Of a stretch of DNA of 64,000 bases, positions 38,199 through 52,309 are shown in pieces. Location of the stretch: assembly GCA_964234715.1 (NCBI GenBank), contig OZ174280.1; one strand, written 5' to 3'. A model generated the notes under the pieces. That model made no database searches. It had not been told where the DNA came from and saw only the letters and a program-made list of their open reading frames with translations. Position numbers and translations under genes: made by a program. The stretch comes from Podarcis melisellensis (taxonomy: Eukaryota). Every line of letters starts with the position of its first letter. The first letter of the stretch is position 1.

Positions 38199-41059
38199 AA
38201 TTGCAGAATGCTGCTTGATGTGATATTTAAGGAAAGCACTTGTCCTATTCCTGGTAGATTTGATGCTGACCTTCTAATAAATTTGGTTGAGCTCTGAAAC
38301 TTGTACACAGAGTTGTACCTTCATGCATAATCCCTTTTCTTTGTGCTATATGGAACATATGTTTTGTAAAGCTCCCTCCACCTACCCAGTTTTGCACATT
38401 TTCCTATGATGATGTAATTTTCTTAGTGCAATGTTTTTGTCCTTACATCTGTGGAATTCTCCAGTATAGCCATTTTGGCTTTGACTGTCCCAGTAACTCA
38501 TATTTTGCTTTTTGCTGCTGATAGAACTTAGGCATCATCAGTTTCTGTTGTTCCTGTGATTAAATGCCTGACTAGTCATAAGAGTGATATAAACGTTATA
38601 AAAGTTTTATGCTTTCTCTGACCTTAATCTATTGCTGCTGAAATACTTGTATACTCATTCAATGTTCCCTTGCAGAATAGCAAATATGGTATTTCTCTGG
38701 GAAGTTTTAGCCACAGTCAGTTATTAGCTCTGGATAACATTCTGGCAGCTAATGTCCTCCAAAGCAGGAAGGGAAGGGTAGTCCTGTAATTCACACAGAA
38801 AACTCAGAATATAACCTGAAGGGGTTAAATTCTATAAAAGCCAGCCAGGGAACAGATACCCTGTTATTTGCTTAACAAGGTTTTTTGTGTGTGCATATTT
38901 CTTTCACAGAGTGTTCTGAGTTCATTTCAAATAATTCTTTCAGCTGCTTCCTGGACTTCCTGTCATGCAAGTGGATAAAACAATATGACTTGCTAGGTGG
39001 GGGAAGAAACCTCAAATAAATCACATAGTAAAGCTATATATGCTATACTTTGGGCTCATGTCCTGGTCCAGTGTTGTGCTGATTCCAGTATTACTTCTGT
39101 AGGCTTGAGAAGGTAGAAGACAGGTGGATGGCATAGAATTCTAGGCTAAGTAGCAGCTGAACATCTTGCAGGAGTTAATACTGTAGTTAGGTCTGTCAGC
39201 AAAACCAGATATGTAAAGATTATGACTTAATCTAAGCATAATGGTTGTAAAAAGAAATATCATAGTATGTTTTTAAATTAGACATTTTCTTTGGAAAGAA
39301 AAAGTGGAGATATAGGTAAGTGCCTTGTGCACATGTGAAGATTCTTCTAGACAAAGGATTTTTTTCTAAAGTTGCTTTCTTTTCTTCCCAGCAATAGAAC
39401 AAGCTTACTTTTCTGGAGTAAATTCAGCCTCTGGTTCTGTTCTCAGGTTGTACATAGGCAGTAGATCTGCCCTTAGCAATCCAGGATGCTTAAAAGTACA
39501 CAAATCTCCTTCTATTCAGATATTATCAGATAGGAGCTTTTTGGGTTAACGATACAAGACCACAAGAGGCAAATCAGATTTGACCTTACATGAACTATCG
39601 GTCTGTACTGTACGAACAGCAATATTACTGTATGCGGTTTTGGTTTGGGAGGCGCTCACACACCAACAGCAACTTATATCTGTTCACATAATGGTTTATT
39701 CTGCCCTTTGTCCTCTGTACATCTGTGACTTTTCCAAGACAATTGGCAAAGTGTTGTTAAGAACAGATGTTAAGAAATTGTTCATCTGTTATCTGTAAAC
39801 CCCACTAGTCAGTGCTTTCAGGAGTGTTTCATCTAGGGGTTTGAACTATTTGCTGGGAACAGAGATACACATAATTTAAAACAATGAGCCTTGTTTGATT
39901 GATGAATAGTTAGCCTTTGATTACTAGTGAGCTTTAAAAATTGGATATGGCAAGGAGTCAGGCACATGGTCATTTATACAACATTCCTGAAAACAAATGC
40001 TGTGTTTGTGGAAGGAGAGAATGATAAATAAGTGGTAGAGCTGTTGGGAAAAGAAGAACTCTACCTAGTTACTATTAGCCATAGAAAGACTTTAATATGT
40101 TTCTCCCAGTCATTGAAATCATGGTTATCCCTACAATCTGAAAACAAAGCACAATGCTTAACGGATATGTAAAGTTTTATTTTTGGCATACATCTTCATG
40201 GATGTTAAATGTGGATGGCAGCAGGTTACCACAATTCACAGTATCTTTTAAAATAGGGTATTTCTTTCAACTTCTTTCCTGTTGAATATTTATTTGACTG
40301 TAATTTAAGTATGTGATAATTTTCACAGAACATTTTCCTAGTCCTAATATCCCATTTCAGGTCATAGCTCTATTGGGCCTGGGGATGCAAATGCTTGGAT
40401 GATCGATTGCCAGTCATTCACATCCAGCTTCAAGCAAAAGTTGAATTAAACATATTTATCTTGTTCTTTAAGCATCTTAGCTAGTGCTCATTTATGGTTC
40501 TTTCCTATCCTGATCTGTTTAGTGTGCGTATGTTCTTTTCATTTGACTTTAAAATATCTGGCTGTTGATTTCATGTCCAGTTGCATAGCTCCTTTATTTT
40601 GGGAACAGCAGAAAACAAAAACAGAAACCCTTCTTTGTTCTCTACTTGCTGTGCTGGAAGCTTCAATACCCACTTTCAGTACTGTCAGACTCAGAGTGGC
40701 TGACCTAATATTCTCTGCCTGCCAGTAGCCTCAAGGGACTGTTCTATCAGCCCAGGAATGCCAGGGCAGTGGGATCTTCCTCCTGGCCTAGATGCCTTGT
40801 GCTTTTTTGCCAGAGAGACAGTGGCTGAGTGCCACAGGGATTTCCCTTTTACTTGGAACTGCAAAGTAGGAAGCCGCAGCAAGTCATAATAGAACTGAAG
40901 CTCAACAGATAAGCAGCAGCTACTCTCACGGCAATGAAGACAGTTCAGAGGAGGCACAGCCAATGGACTACTGGTGTACTTTTCTACTAGTAGAAACCTT
41001 GATCCTCACTGGATAAAACTACAGTAGTACCATTTCCTTAAATAAATTCTAGTTACTTT

Positions 41060-41247
41060 GTCACTTACAAATTCAGTTCTCCTTCTTCCCCTAATCCTTT
41101 TAATTCCCTACAACAACCCTGTGAGGTAGGCTAGGCTAAGAGCCAGTGAGTGTCCCAAAGATACCCAGTAAGCTTCATGGCCAAGAGTGAATTCAGACCT
41201 TGGTTTCCCAGGTCCTGGTTGAACACTCTAACCACTACACCACACTG
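41060..41247 (-). mobile_element. CORE/MIR-like SINE
   Basis: ACAACAACCCTGTGAGGTAGGCTAGGCT..GCTTCATGGC..CTCTAACCACTACACCACACTG. Confidence 0.85.
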
Positions 41248-41638
41248 ACAAACATTGTATAAAGCCAGAAGCCAGCTAATAATTGACTACAGAGTATTAT
41301 TGAGATTGTAGTTGTTATTATGCACAATCGTTTCAAAGTTCTATCTGCCTGCACTTCAAATATCTAAAAACTAAATTGCTAAACACCATACAAAAAATAA
41401 AACCATCATTTTTGTTGCAAAGTGTATCGTATTCAGGAAAGAGGAAAACAATAAAAGATGCAATTAATTTACTCCATGTTAAGGCTTCCCAGTGGGGCCC
41501 ATTTACAGAATCTCTTAATACACACCATTTACAAACTTGAAATGGTTCTGAACACACAATCTGGGTAAAGGCTATGTTTTCCTCTCACCTTTAATGTTAA
41601 TGTGAACATAATTGTAGGCCAACTTCCCAGAGCAAATA

Positions 41639-41869
41639 CAGTGGTACCTCAGGTTAAGAACTTAATTCGTTCTAGAGGTCTGTTCTTAACCTGAAACTGT
41701 TCTTAACCTGAGGTGCCACTTTAGCTAATGGGGCCTCCCCCTGCCGCCGTGTGATTTCTGTTCTCACCCTGAAGCAAAGTTCTTAACCCGAGGTACTATT
41801 TCTGGGTTAGTGGCGTCTGTAACCTGAAGCGTCTGTAACCTGAAGCATCTGTAACCCAAGGTACCACTG
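41639..41869 (+). mobile_element. Tc1/mariner-type (Tigger-like) MITE, complete
   Basis: TA|CAGTGGTACCTC...GGTACCACTG|TA, with three 16-bp TCTGTAACC subterminal repeats. Confidence 0.95.
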
Positions 41870-42139
41870 TAACAACTTAATGTGAAGTAGTTACTCAGGA
41901 GAAAGGGCTAAATTCTGCATACTGCAACAGTCCCAGTCTTGGTCAGAGCTCTGGCAGCTATTATTTTTAAAGGAAAATGGCACATTCAGGACATACACAC
42001 ATTTAACATATTTAATCTGTGAGTACAGATGAAGCTGATGGTGATTATTTTAGGTGTGTGAATCCAGAAATATAGGCTATAATGTACAGGAGCTTGGAGT
42101 TGTTGTTGGAGCCAGGTTGACATATTATGTAGATGAGGC

Positions 42140-42430
42140 ACTAGGGCATTGGGGGTAAAAATTAATTTTTGCAGATTTCTTCAGTGAGGGGTCTTAAAAA
42201 TAGGTTTTGGGGTGTGAGGAATTCAAATCCACTATTGCTTTTGTGATTAGACAGCATTTAACTTGGTAAATCTACGTTTGATTGAAAAGCACATAAACTG
42301 CTCTCAGAAAACCAATTTTTTTTAATTTTATCTTCTGAAAATGTCAAGTAATGCTATTAAAATTTAGTTTCTCTGCATAAAGCATATCCTACTAGGCATA
42401 CAACATCACCTTGTAATCATAAAACATTAG
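42140..42430. mobile_element. possible old DNA transposon end (Chapaev/CMC-like)
   Basis: TTTTGGGGTGTGAGGAATTCAAATCC resembles the GGGTGCTGAATTCAAATCT subterminal motif I recall for such elements. No TIR or TSD confirmed. Confidence 0.25.
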
Positions 42431-43977
42431 AAAGTAATGACATCAGTTAATAAGAAATTTAAACAACAAGTTTCATGAAGTCTTGCTTTGATTCATTCTT
42501 GGACATCAGCCACTAACTTGCTTCTTGGGTACTGGGGACATGGTTTGGATATTATGCCACAAAAAATACAACACAAGCATATGCTATTGAGTTTTGTGTG
42601 TACAGGCAACTTTTAAATTTAGTAGTGGAAGAAAACTAAACATTTTCCCACTTTGCATTTCCACAGCTGAATTAACTATGTGTTCCTTAGCATTCTTGCT
42701 ATGGCTAACATTCTTTGCACATTAACATGGGAGTAAGCCTCATTTGTCACAGTGTGACTTGCCACTTTAGAGTTTGTATAGAGTTGTGTGTCCATGTGTC
42801 CCAAGAACCAAAGTGAATTAACCTATTCAAACACTGTACCATTAGTTTCTGAGCCCTATTTCACCTGCTACCCCACTTAAAAAAATAAATAGTTCGTTTT
42901 GCCTCAGATGTACAACCAGAACTGCATGAAAATATCTTTGTACAGTGCTCATGCATAGTATACTGTATATTTAATATATCATTTTAACATTATTGATTTA
43001 GGTTATGGAGAGTCATCTTGTCTCCCTCACACACACAACATTTAGTGATTTAGCATCTGTTGAGCATAAGAAATAATTAATTACAGACACGCAATATTTG
43101 TTGCCTTATAGCTTCCACGATGGGCAGAATATTAAGTGCAGAAATGTATTTGCTATTTTGTATGTGGGGCTTCTTGTCACAAAATATCTTGGGTATTTTG
43201 ACAAAAATGGCAACTTCAAAAACTGTTTTCTTACTAAAATCTAATGGCATTACAAAATTACTGATTTACTCTCTGAAAACAATAACAACCCTCAACTTTT
43301 TAAGCAGCAGTGTTGTCAGCTTGCCAATTAAGGTCTAGGAAGAGTCTCCTTCGAGAGGCACTGCCAAACAAATACAGATTGTATGAGTTGGTTTGTCAAG
43401 AAGTACATACTTTAATTAGTATGGGATATATTTTGATTTTTCAAGGCCTTTCCTTTTCTGACCTATTCTATTCTTAAGATTATAATTAGAAAATGGTGTT
43501 TTATACTGGTCATCCATCCATTATGTAAGTCATTGGAATTTGGATTGCAAAACTATACATAGCTGAATTTGATTACCAAATGGTTATGGGTGTTTGATAC
43601 TATTAACTGTATTACAATGTGTATTTATGATTTCACATACTTTCACTTTTCATTCCAGTAGTGACCTTTGGGCCAAATTTTGATATAACAACACAGATCC
43701 TTGGTTTGAGAATGAACTCTGCTTTATGCATTAAGGAGGTAGGAAGAGAAGTAGGGAACTGAACGCCCAAGCTTTGCACATGTTTCTGTTCATAACAACT
43801 TTGGACCAGCCTTTGCTATGGTATATAGAATATTTGGGGCTCATTGCTAGTCTTCTTTTGTTTGCATAGAATGATTATCAAATATGTGCTTTTTTGCTAG
43901 CTGCTAATTATGTGGTAATGTTCCCAAAGACAGATTTTCCCAGCTGTAACGGAGGTTGGGGATAGGTTGATCTAGAC

Positions 43978-44206
43978 CATGGGTAGGCAAACTAAGGCCT
44001 GGGGGCTGGATGCGGCCCAATTGCCTTCTAAATCCGGCCCACGGACGGTCCGGGAATCTGCGTGTTTTTACATGAGTAGAATGTGTCCTTTTATTTAAAA
44101 TGCATCTCTGGGTTATTTATGGGGCATAGGGATTTGTTCACCCCCCCCCAAAAAAAATCTCCTCCGACCCCCCACAAGGTCTGCTGAAAAAGTTTGCTGA
44201 TCCTTG
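43978..44206. mobile_element. hAT (Charlie-like) MITE
   Basis: TIRs CATGGGTAGGCAAACT / AGTTTGCTGATCCTTG. Perfect TSD ATCTAGAC (43970-43977, 44207-44214) matches the Charlie NTCTAGAN target. Confidence 0.92.
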
Positions 44207-44421
44207 ATCTAGACATTGCAGATATTGTCTTCAACTGCAGTTCTCCAATTAAAGAGGGGGGGGGGCATTCCTGTATAAGGTTTATGATGGCTTCAAAGGC
44301 AGAGGCAAATCTTCTACCAAAGGAAAATATTGGTGTTACCTATATCAGTTGGAACTGGTTATATCTTTGTTTATATTTCCTTGAAAAAGTAGTGCATACT
44401 AGAAATTATTATTATTATTAG

Positions 44422-44584
44422 CCTGAGGTACCACTTTAGCTAATGGGGCCTCCTGCTGCCACCGTGTGATTTCTGTTCTCATCCTGAGGTAAAGTTCTTA
44501 ACCCAAGTTACTACTTCCAGGTTAGTGGAGTCTGTAACCTGAAGTGTTTGTAACCCGAGGTGTTTGTAACCCGAGGTACCACTG
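44422..44584 (+). mobile_element. Tc1/mariner-type MITE, 5'-truncated
   Basis: Collinear with the 41639 copy from the internal CCTGAGGTACCACTTT onward and ends GAGGTACCACTG|TA. Confidence 0.9.
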
Positions 44585-44984
44585 TACAACACTGAAGTCA
44601 CCATAGCTGCCTTTATCTCTCCCTGTGCCCCTTTCCCCTGCTGGCTCATTCGTTTGTTACTTTGGTTTAGCAACTTCAGGCTTTCATGTGAAAATGAGAG
44701 TCTTGGACCAAAGTAAAAATATCTGTGGTTTCTTCAACTTGGCTATCTTATGTTAGTTCAAATTCCCAAGACTGTAAAACTAAGGTGGCTGTCATGAATT
44801 AATTTGCAATCCAATTGTACTGTTTGGTCAGCTCTAGAAGAAGATATTTAAAATGTTTCTAGGCTGCTTTACTTTACAATTGCACATTAAAACAAGAAAC
44901 CACAGTAATGCCTTGCATTTATAAAATGTAGCAAAGCATCTAAAAGCTCCTATTTATGGAACAACACACAGAAAAAAAGCCCAG

Positions 44985-45165
44985 ATATTCTAGGCAGGCA
45001 GTAATGGTTCTGAACCAATGTATAAACTCAGTAAAGAACTGGTTGTGGCTTAACAAATGGAAGCTTCCTTCAGACAAGGCAGAAGTGCTCCTGCCAGGGG
45101 TCCAATCTGTTTTGGATGAGGCTGCATTTTCTTTGAATAATAGGGTTGCTTCTATAGAAAGAAGA
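44985..45165 (+). mobile_element. L2 LINE reverse-transcriptase remnant
   Basis: ORF 44956-45174 reads AVMVLNQCINSVKNWLWLNKWKLPSDKAEVLL..GVQSVLD, matching the L2 W(M)..NKLKLNPDKTE motif. Confidence 0.8.
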
Positions 45166-45579
45166 TGTTGCTGAAGTGATACAGTATATGCCTTACAGTG
45201 CAATCCTAAGCGTGTCTCTTCAAAAGTAAATTTCATTGAGTTCACTGGGTTCATTCTAAGGGACAGAGCAATACAACCACCACCACCCCTTGTGCCATGA
45301 TAGAGTTGGGGTTGGATTGAAATTGTGGCTAGACAAAAGTGCTTGGCATTTTTGTGTGGAATTTGTTTGTTTGTATGTTTGTTTAATTTGGTATATGCCC
45401 CATAAAGCAAGCTCTCAAGGCAATTTATTTCTGAGGGTTGTTCCACTCTGTAACTGACTATTGGTCTCCAGTATAATTCTCGATAGTTTTACATGCACCA
45501 GTAAATTTTGACAAAACAATGCGGCTCCTTTACATGAATTATTACATGACATCTCTCATGAAATGCTACTGTTTGCTAT

Positions 45580-45951
45580 GTATTTGGACCGCCTCTCCCC
45601 ATATGAACCAACCCAGGCTTTCAATTAACAACTGAGGCCCTTCTTTGTGTGCCTCCTCCATGAAAGGTCTGGAGGGTGGCAACAGAACAAGCCTTTTTGT
45701 GGAATGCTCTCCCTGGGGAGGCTCACCTGCCCCCTTCATTACATATCTTTAGGTACCAGGCAAAAACATTCCTCTTCTCCTTGGCCTTTGGCTAATTAAA
45801 CAATCCATGACTTTTTAAACTGGGGAATCAGATTATTGTTTGTTATAATGTTATGTATTCTGGGGGTTTTATATTGAAAACTGCCCTATGATTTTTGGAT
45901 GAAGGGTGGTATAGAAATTGTAATAATAATTTTAATAAATAATAATAATAT
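45580..45951 (+). mobile_element. L2-type LINE 3' end with (AAT)n tail
   Basis: GGACCGCCTCTCCCCATATGAACC..TGTGGAATGCTCTCCC..AAAACATTCCTCTTC..GAAGGGTGGTATAGAAAT then (AAT)n. Confidence 0.85.
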
Positions 45952-46102
45952 ACCAAAGTGACTTTCTGCTAGTCTCAAATGCAAGCAGAATCCAAAATTG
46001 TTCTGATGATACCTAGTGCTGAGTTAACTTGGTTAGGTAGAAGTGTGGGAAGCTTTAAGGTTTCACAGATTTTAATACTCCCTTTAGTTCAGGCAAGAAG
46101 TA

Positions 46103-46376
46103 CAGTGGTACCTCAAGTTGTGGACATGATCCATTCCGGGGTGCCGTTTGCACCCTGAAAAGTCTGCAACTAGAGCGGTGCTTCTGCGCAAGCACGGAGC
46201 GCGTTAGAGTGCTTCTGCGCATGTGCAAAGTGCGCTAAAGGCTTCTGTACATGCGCAAAGTGTGAGAATGCTTCTGCGTGCATGCTGCAAAACCCAGAAG
46301 TATACACTTCCGGGTTTGCTGCGTCTGCAACCCGAAAATCCGCAAAATGAAGTGAACACAACAAGAGGTATGACTG
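46103..46376. mobile_element. Tc1/mariner-type MITE, second family, with internal ~30-bp repeats
   Basis: TA|CAGTGGTACCTC...GAGGTATGACTG|TA, with GCTTCTG(C/T) units at 46180, 46211, 46241 and 46270. Confidence 0.88.
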
Positions 46377-48101
46377 TATATGCAGATACACCTAAGTAAC
46401 CCTACATCTAGTCATAGAATCATAATATTAGTTTATGATTTTTCTAAGATCTTTGTAGTTTTCTTGGTTATCCAGAATGAATGTAAGTGTGCATTTCTCA
46501 GAGTGCATACTAAATGGCAACCAGCTTTTACATCATGGTGTATTTAAGCTCAACAGCAACACCGACTTTACTAGATGATTAACCAATTTATTGCGGCAGT
46601 GTGGTATTTATACCACCGATTAAGTGAAGTCTGCCAGTACAGTTAAAAGAAATTAGAGACACCATCATTGCTAAATCACTTTACCATTCAAAGACAAACC
46701 ATAAACATATGCATTCATTTAATTATAATGGTGCAAATTATAAAGAGAAAATGTAATGCTGAGAGCAGTGGGTTTTATGTCATCATAATAATGGCATGTA
46801 TTTATCTTGGTTTGGCAAGTTAGTCCTTTGTTTAATAGTTGGCTTTGCCTAAATAGAATGTGGTTTGCTAAAACCCACAATAACCCCTGCCCCCTCCCCT
46901 GTGTTGTTGCACAAATGCTGAGCAATAATCATGTGGTATAAATGATTAATGTAGGCATGGGTTAGCAAGTATCATTGAGGTTTAAAGAGTGTTTTCTCTT
47001 TTTTTTTATTCTTTCATTGGCCAAGGGACATACCATGATTAAATGGTGACCTTTAGATAGCATAAGGAAGTTGCTTCCCGTTCCGTAAAGTACACTAGCA
47101 CGTATGGCTTGATTCTAATCTCCTGAAATTATGCACCTTCACTCCCCCTTTCTTCATTTGTCTGTCCTGAAAACATGCTGATGTTGTTTGAATTATTATT
47201 TAAGTGCATCAACAGTTAGGTCACAATCTATCATGAAGTCGTCCTGAGCAAGACATTAAAATAAATAGGTGCTGCACAAGAACCCGTTTGGGGCTTGGGT
47301 ATAAATATCCCAGCACAAAGTACAGGTATATCACTTAACAAGTAGAAACGTGTGTAAATAGCTGCTTTCCAGTTTAGAATAAATGGGACAACCTAATAAG
47401 AATAAACAAAACCACAATTAATGCATGTGTGTGTTCTGTACAAATGACACAAGAAGCATATATTTTGTAACTGGGTATCTGTGATTTCAGCAAGGATGAG
47501 CAGATCAAAGTGGGGATTCATAGGACTGGGCTATTAACAGCAGAGACTGCATTTTTCACTGTCTCACTGGTAGCTGAGAGGTGACAAGGAATAGGCATTC
47601 TCAGTATTGGGCTATAGATTATTGGTCTCAATTTCTGTTTGGTTATTCCCCACTTTGACCACTTACTAGCACCATCAAAACTTTCTTTATTCTGCCAGGC
47701 CTTTGTGGTGTAAGAATTTTTCCACTTACATTCCTTCTATTTCCTTTAGATTCTATTTTATTATCACTATTTGTATGTTTTATTGGCATATTAAGTGGGT
47801 TGTTGATATATTTTCTGCTGTTCTAGTTATATATTTGGGTGCCACTGTGGGCTCCCTTTAGGAAGAAGGACAGTGCACAAATGCCTTGAACTAAATAAAA
47901 TAAACAATATAAACCCAAGTCTTGTATTTAGTAGCTGATATTCTTGAATACCATTAAACATATTTATACTTTAGGAATGCAAAATATAAAGCCATTTTAT
48001 ATGCATCATAACCGCTTGTACACTAACATGGCTATATGTTTGATTTATGGTACAGATGTTAAGACACAATGGTTGAGGAGTGTGATTTCCTTTCAGCAAG
48101 T

Positions 48102-48322
48102 TAGAATCATAGAGTTGGAAGGGATCCCAAGGGTCATCTAGTCCAACCCTTCAATGCAGGAATCTCAGGTAGAGCATCTATGACAGATGGCTGTTCAACC
48201 TCTGCTTAAAAACCTCCAAGAAAGGAGAGTCCACAGCCTCACGAGGGAGTCCGTTCCATGGCTGAACAGCTCTCAGAAAGTTCTTCCTGATGTTTAGTCA
48301 GAACCTCCTTTCTTGCAACTTG
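48102..48322 (-). mobile_element. CR1 LINE 3' end
   Basis: TAGAATCATAGAGTTGGAAGGGA..GGTCATCTAGTCCAACCC, the reverse complement of the 28400-28813 family. Confidence 0.92.
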
Positions 48323-51300
48323 TGAACATCCTTAGCTTGTCAATATCCTTCGTTCTTGAAGTTCCATTGGACGTAGTAGAACTACGCTAGTCTAGACAGC
48401 CATTGTGGATTCCTCTGCAGATGCAAACCAGGTTGCCACCTCCATCCTACCACTTGCGTTTGTGTATCTAAATCTCTGGCTACCACGTTCAAAGCAGAAG
48501 GAACTGGTGCATGTTGGGTAGGTGGGTGGTCTGACATCTTTGTGTTTCAGAGTTGATGTATTAAATCACAGAGCCAAATTGTAATAATTTTTTTGACACA
48601 GGAGCAAGAAAATCCAATGCTTAATGTGGTAAATGTTAGAAAATTTCAGACTTGGAAAGAGTTAAATGCATTACTTGGAACTTGATATATAAATTATGGC
48701 TAAAGCAGGATATGGGCTGGGGCACTTGATTATTCTTTTATCGATAAATAAGAGTGGCATACAGTTAATTTCAGCACTGTAATTGAGCAGTGCATTCTGG
48801 GAAGCTGAAAAGCACTGTAAGATGAGGAAATGTTTTAGAGACTAATCATGAGAAGAAAGAAGCCTTTCATAGCCCATATGATGCTGTTGTCAGAACTAAA
48901 GGCAGATAATGATTCCATAATAATGGCACATTGTGAATATTTAAGCTGGAAAGATTGGGACAAAATGAGCAGACATTGTTAGTCTGAAAAACTGAACAGT
49001 TGGGTCTTTGGGTTTCAGGAACTTGCAAAACTTACACGGAAACATTTTGCTCTAAAAAGTTTAAATATAAAGGCAGACAACATTTATCTGAGACTTATAC
49101 CAAGAAAAGGGTGACACGTAAAGTTTGGACATGGCCTCTTAGTTTGTATTTTCCCATTCTGCGCGTGATAGTCATGAGCTTTAAACATTACACAGTGTCT
49201 TTAAAAAAAAAGTGTTAGCCATGATCTACAATATTGAATATACAATAGAGACTATCATATTGCAAATAAGTGGACTAATTTGCATATATCCCCAGGACGT
49301 CATGAATCCTATAAAGAACCCTACAGCTGGATTATAGATGTTGTCTTTGTTCTTCGTGGGTGTAGTTCAGCTTCCTTTCTTTAAACAGAAGTTAAATATA
49401 GTTTCACGGCTTTTCATATATTTGGGAACGTTACCAAGAACCTTGGCCTCTGCAACCTTATTTAATTTCAGAGCCAATGGCAAAAATTTAGGGATACATG
49501 CTGTTTTCTTAAGTAACAAACACATGCTGGTTTCAACTAGCATTGGATTTGTCAAGCCCGGTCCAGATTTGGACAGATACCCCACAGATTGAATTCCTTT
49601 AGATAACCTTTTTTCTGTTTAGAGGGCACAGCTTGGAAGTAGAGAGTAAAAAAAAAAACTCCCACTCAATATAATTGGGTTAATTCTGTGACAATAATTA
49701 ACTCCTTATGAAGTTTATATTTGCTCAAACATGTTTACATTTATTTTGTCCAATAGCAGAAATAAACAGTTCCAGATCTTATTTTTCTTTTGTTTTGTAC
49801 CCCACAAAAACAATGGAATTGCATTCCTAACTGCTATTCTTTGAGGATACTCAATTTTCAAAATACATTGATCCAGTATTTACAGTGAATAAAAATACTT
49901 CAAAACTAAAGGATTACTCCCATTTTGAACAGATTTTTCTATTTGCAAGTACCAGAAGGTTTACAGTAATATTAATTTTGGATGCACATGGTTCACATCT
50001 CTGCTTACTGGGCTAGACCTTGTAGATTAATAATAAATATACTAATGTTCAGTTTCAAAAAGATTGTGGTTTTAGCTGGTATAAATTTGGCACAAGATAT
50101 GTGGTTTATTCAGCAACACATAAAGCAAGGTACCCTACTTCTCTTACAGTAGGCATCTTGAAATAATGTATCACATTGCATTCACCAAATGCATTTTTAA
50201 AGAAGTTGAGAGCTTCCTTTGGCTCAAGACATGGGCTAGGCCAGGTCTGTATATCTTAACAGGCAAATTCGCCTTTCCCAGCATATATACAGGAGGCTCA
50301 ATAGACCTCCTGGTTTTGCAGCCATAAAAATAGTCGGGTAAGTTATGCACCTGACAGGCCACCATACATGGTTTGATGTGGCAAGAGTGGTGCACTTTTT
50401 GGCTAAGGGGAAGAGCAAATAATATTATATTTCTTGCTTTAAGATGAATACCTAGGTATTAACAAAGATCCTGCAAAAAATGAGGGAATTTCTCCTGAGC
50501 ACACCTACATGTTCACATAATATGAAGCCAGGATTTAGTGTGATGTGCACAAGCCACTGTGTGTACTCTGCTCCACTTTCCTATTCTTGCATGGTTGAGA
50601 GGACGACGTCAGAAACTTTTATTCTGTTTCCCTGAAACATGGCTTGTAGTCCGAACAGTGCATCATGTTTTAACACTAACTAACTGTAGATAGATTTAAA
50701 AGAAGTCCGCTTCAAACCATTATTTATGAAGTTTTCTTCTTTAAACTAACCATAGTTCTTGTAAACCATGACCCCCAGGTTGGCTAAAACAGCAAGCCAC
50801 AGTACAAAATTTTGAAGTCCTCCTTTCCATCATGTAGGCGGAAGGCGTGGAGAGCATGCAAGATTTGCTTCAGCTTGTGTTCATCACAATAAACAGTCAT
50901 TTAATACTGTATGCAAATACAACCAATAGAACGGAAGGTATAGTGGGAACTCAGCCAATGTACGGAAAGGGAAATTGGGAGCAGAGGATAGATCTGCCTG
51001 ATCTATCCTAATCATGATAATGTACAAAATGAGGGGCCAGAAGAAGAACTGGCCTCTAAGTATGCTGCCAGTTATCTGTGCAGCTGGACATGACCAAAGA
51101 TTTATAATTCAGAGATGCCAACAGATTAAAGCTGCAGCTTTTGTGATATTTTCTATACCAGTAGATTTACTTCCAAGAAAATATGACTGGACTGGTAAAA
51201 TTTCACCAAGCTTCTTTAAAAGTGTTTTTCTTTGGTGGGGAGGCGCAGAAACTGCCTGCCCTTTTTTGAGTACATGTTGATTTTATAATAATTTTATAGG

Positions 51301-52309
51301 TTTAGTTTACATCAGGATGTTCAGATATTCCTGTGGTCTATTTGGCACAAATACCATATTTTCTTGAATGGAAAAGGCTGTGCAACCTCTGAACAGAAAA
51401 CAAAAATGCCCACTGAGGAATGGTTCCCCGGATGTGGTTCAAGAGGAACTGAATCAAAAAATGACCAGAGCCATGCTTCTTTTATACTTGCACTCCTTAG
51501 CACTGCACAGAAACAGCTTGCCTGTTGCGGTGGGTAGGAGTCCTCCTGAAAGTAAATTGTCTGACGAGTAAACCTATCCTGCTACTTAACCAGAGCCCTT
51601 TCTCGCACATTTTTCACGTGTCTCTTGCAATGTGGAATGAAAGCCCAGAAATACCACTGTGGGAACTTATTGGGACAAAGAAGGTTTGAGTAGAGAATAG
51701 GAAGAAAAAACATCCTGTGGGTAGAATGGTTGGATTAGTTCATGCCATGACATGCCCGCTTCACATCATTTATCACAGCTAGTAAAAAAAGGGGAAAAGG
51801 TTTAGAAAATTTGTTGGCCAGCTGTTTAGAATTTAGCAGTGAATTGCTCATTCTTATGCAGACTATTTTCCTTTACTTTTAAACTAGGTGTAATGGGTTT
51901 AAATGACTGCCTGAGGTCAATAATGACCTGGATGAGAGTGAATGAATTGATATCCAATTCAAAGAACACACGACAAATGTTACTAGACTTGGGAAGCAGT
52001 ATAAATGATTGATTGGGGTCGTATCACATCCTTCCCACAAGTGCAGGTTTGGTGTTTGGTAGTGCAGCAGGATCAAGCCTTTCTCTGGATTTAGTCAGTG
52101 GGAGCATATAATACTAATCTTGCCAGAACCCCACTGGTTAAGAATTCCCAGACCTGGGAATAGTGCTTCAACCTATTTGTAATCAGTTTGTGCTTCCCTT
52201 GAAGGCTCAGATTTGCGGTTTGGATGGATCCAATGATGGGACCAGATATGGGTTACCAGATCTTTGTGTGGCTGATGTTTGTGTGCCAACTCTGTTCATT
52301 CTGGAGGTG

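Noticed and set aside
46180-46290. Regularly spaced repeats reminiscent of CRISPR
   Set aside because: Degenerate tandem units inside a eukaryotic MITE, with no unique spacers or cas genes.
51321-51571. Overlapping open frames with protein-like composition
   Set aside because: No family recognised and no clear acceptor/donor pair.
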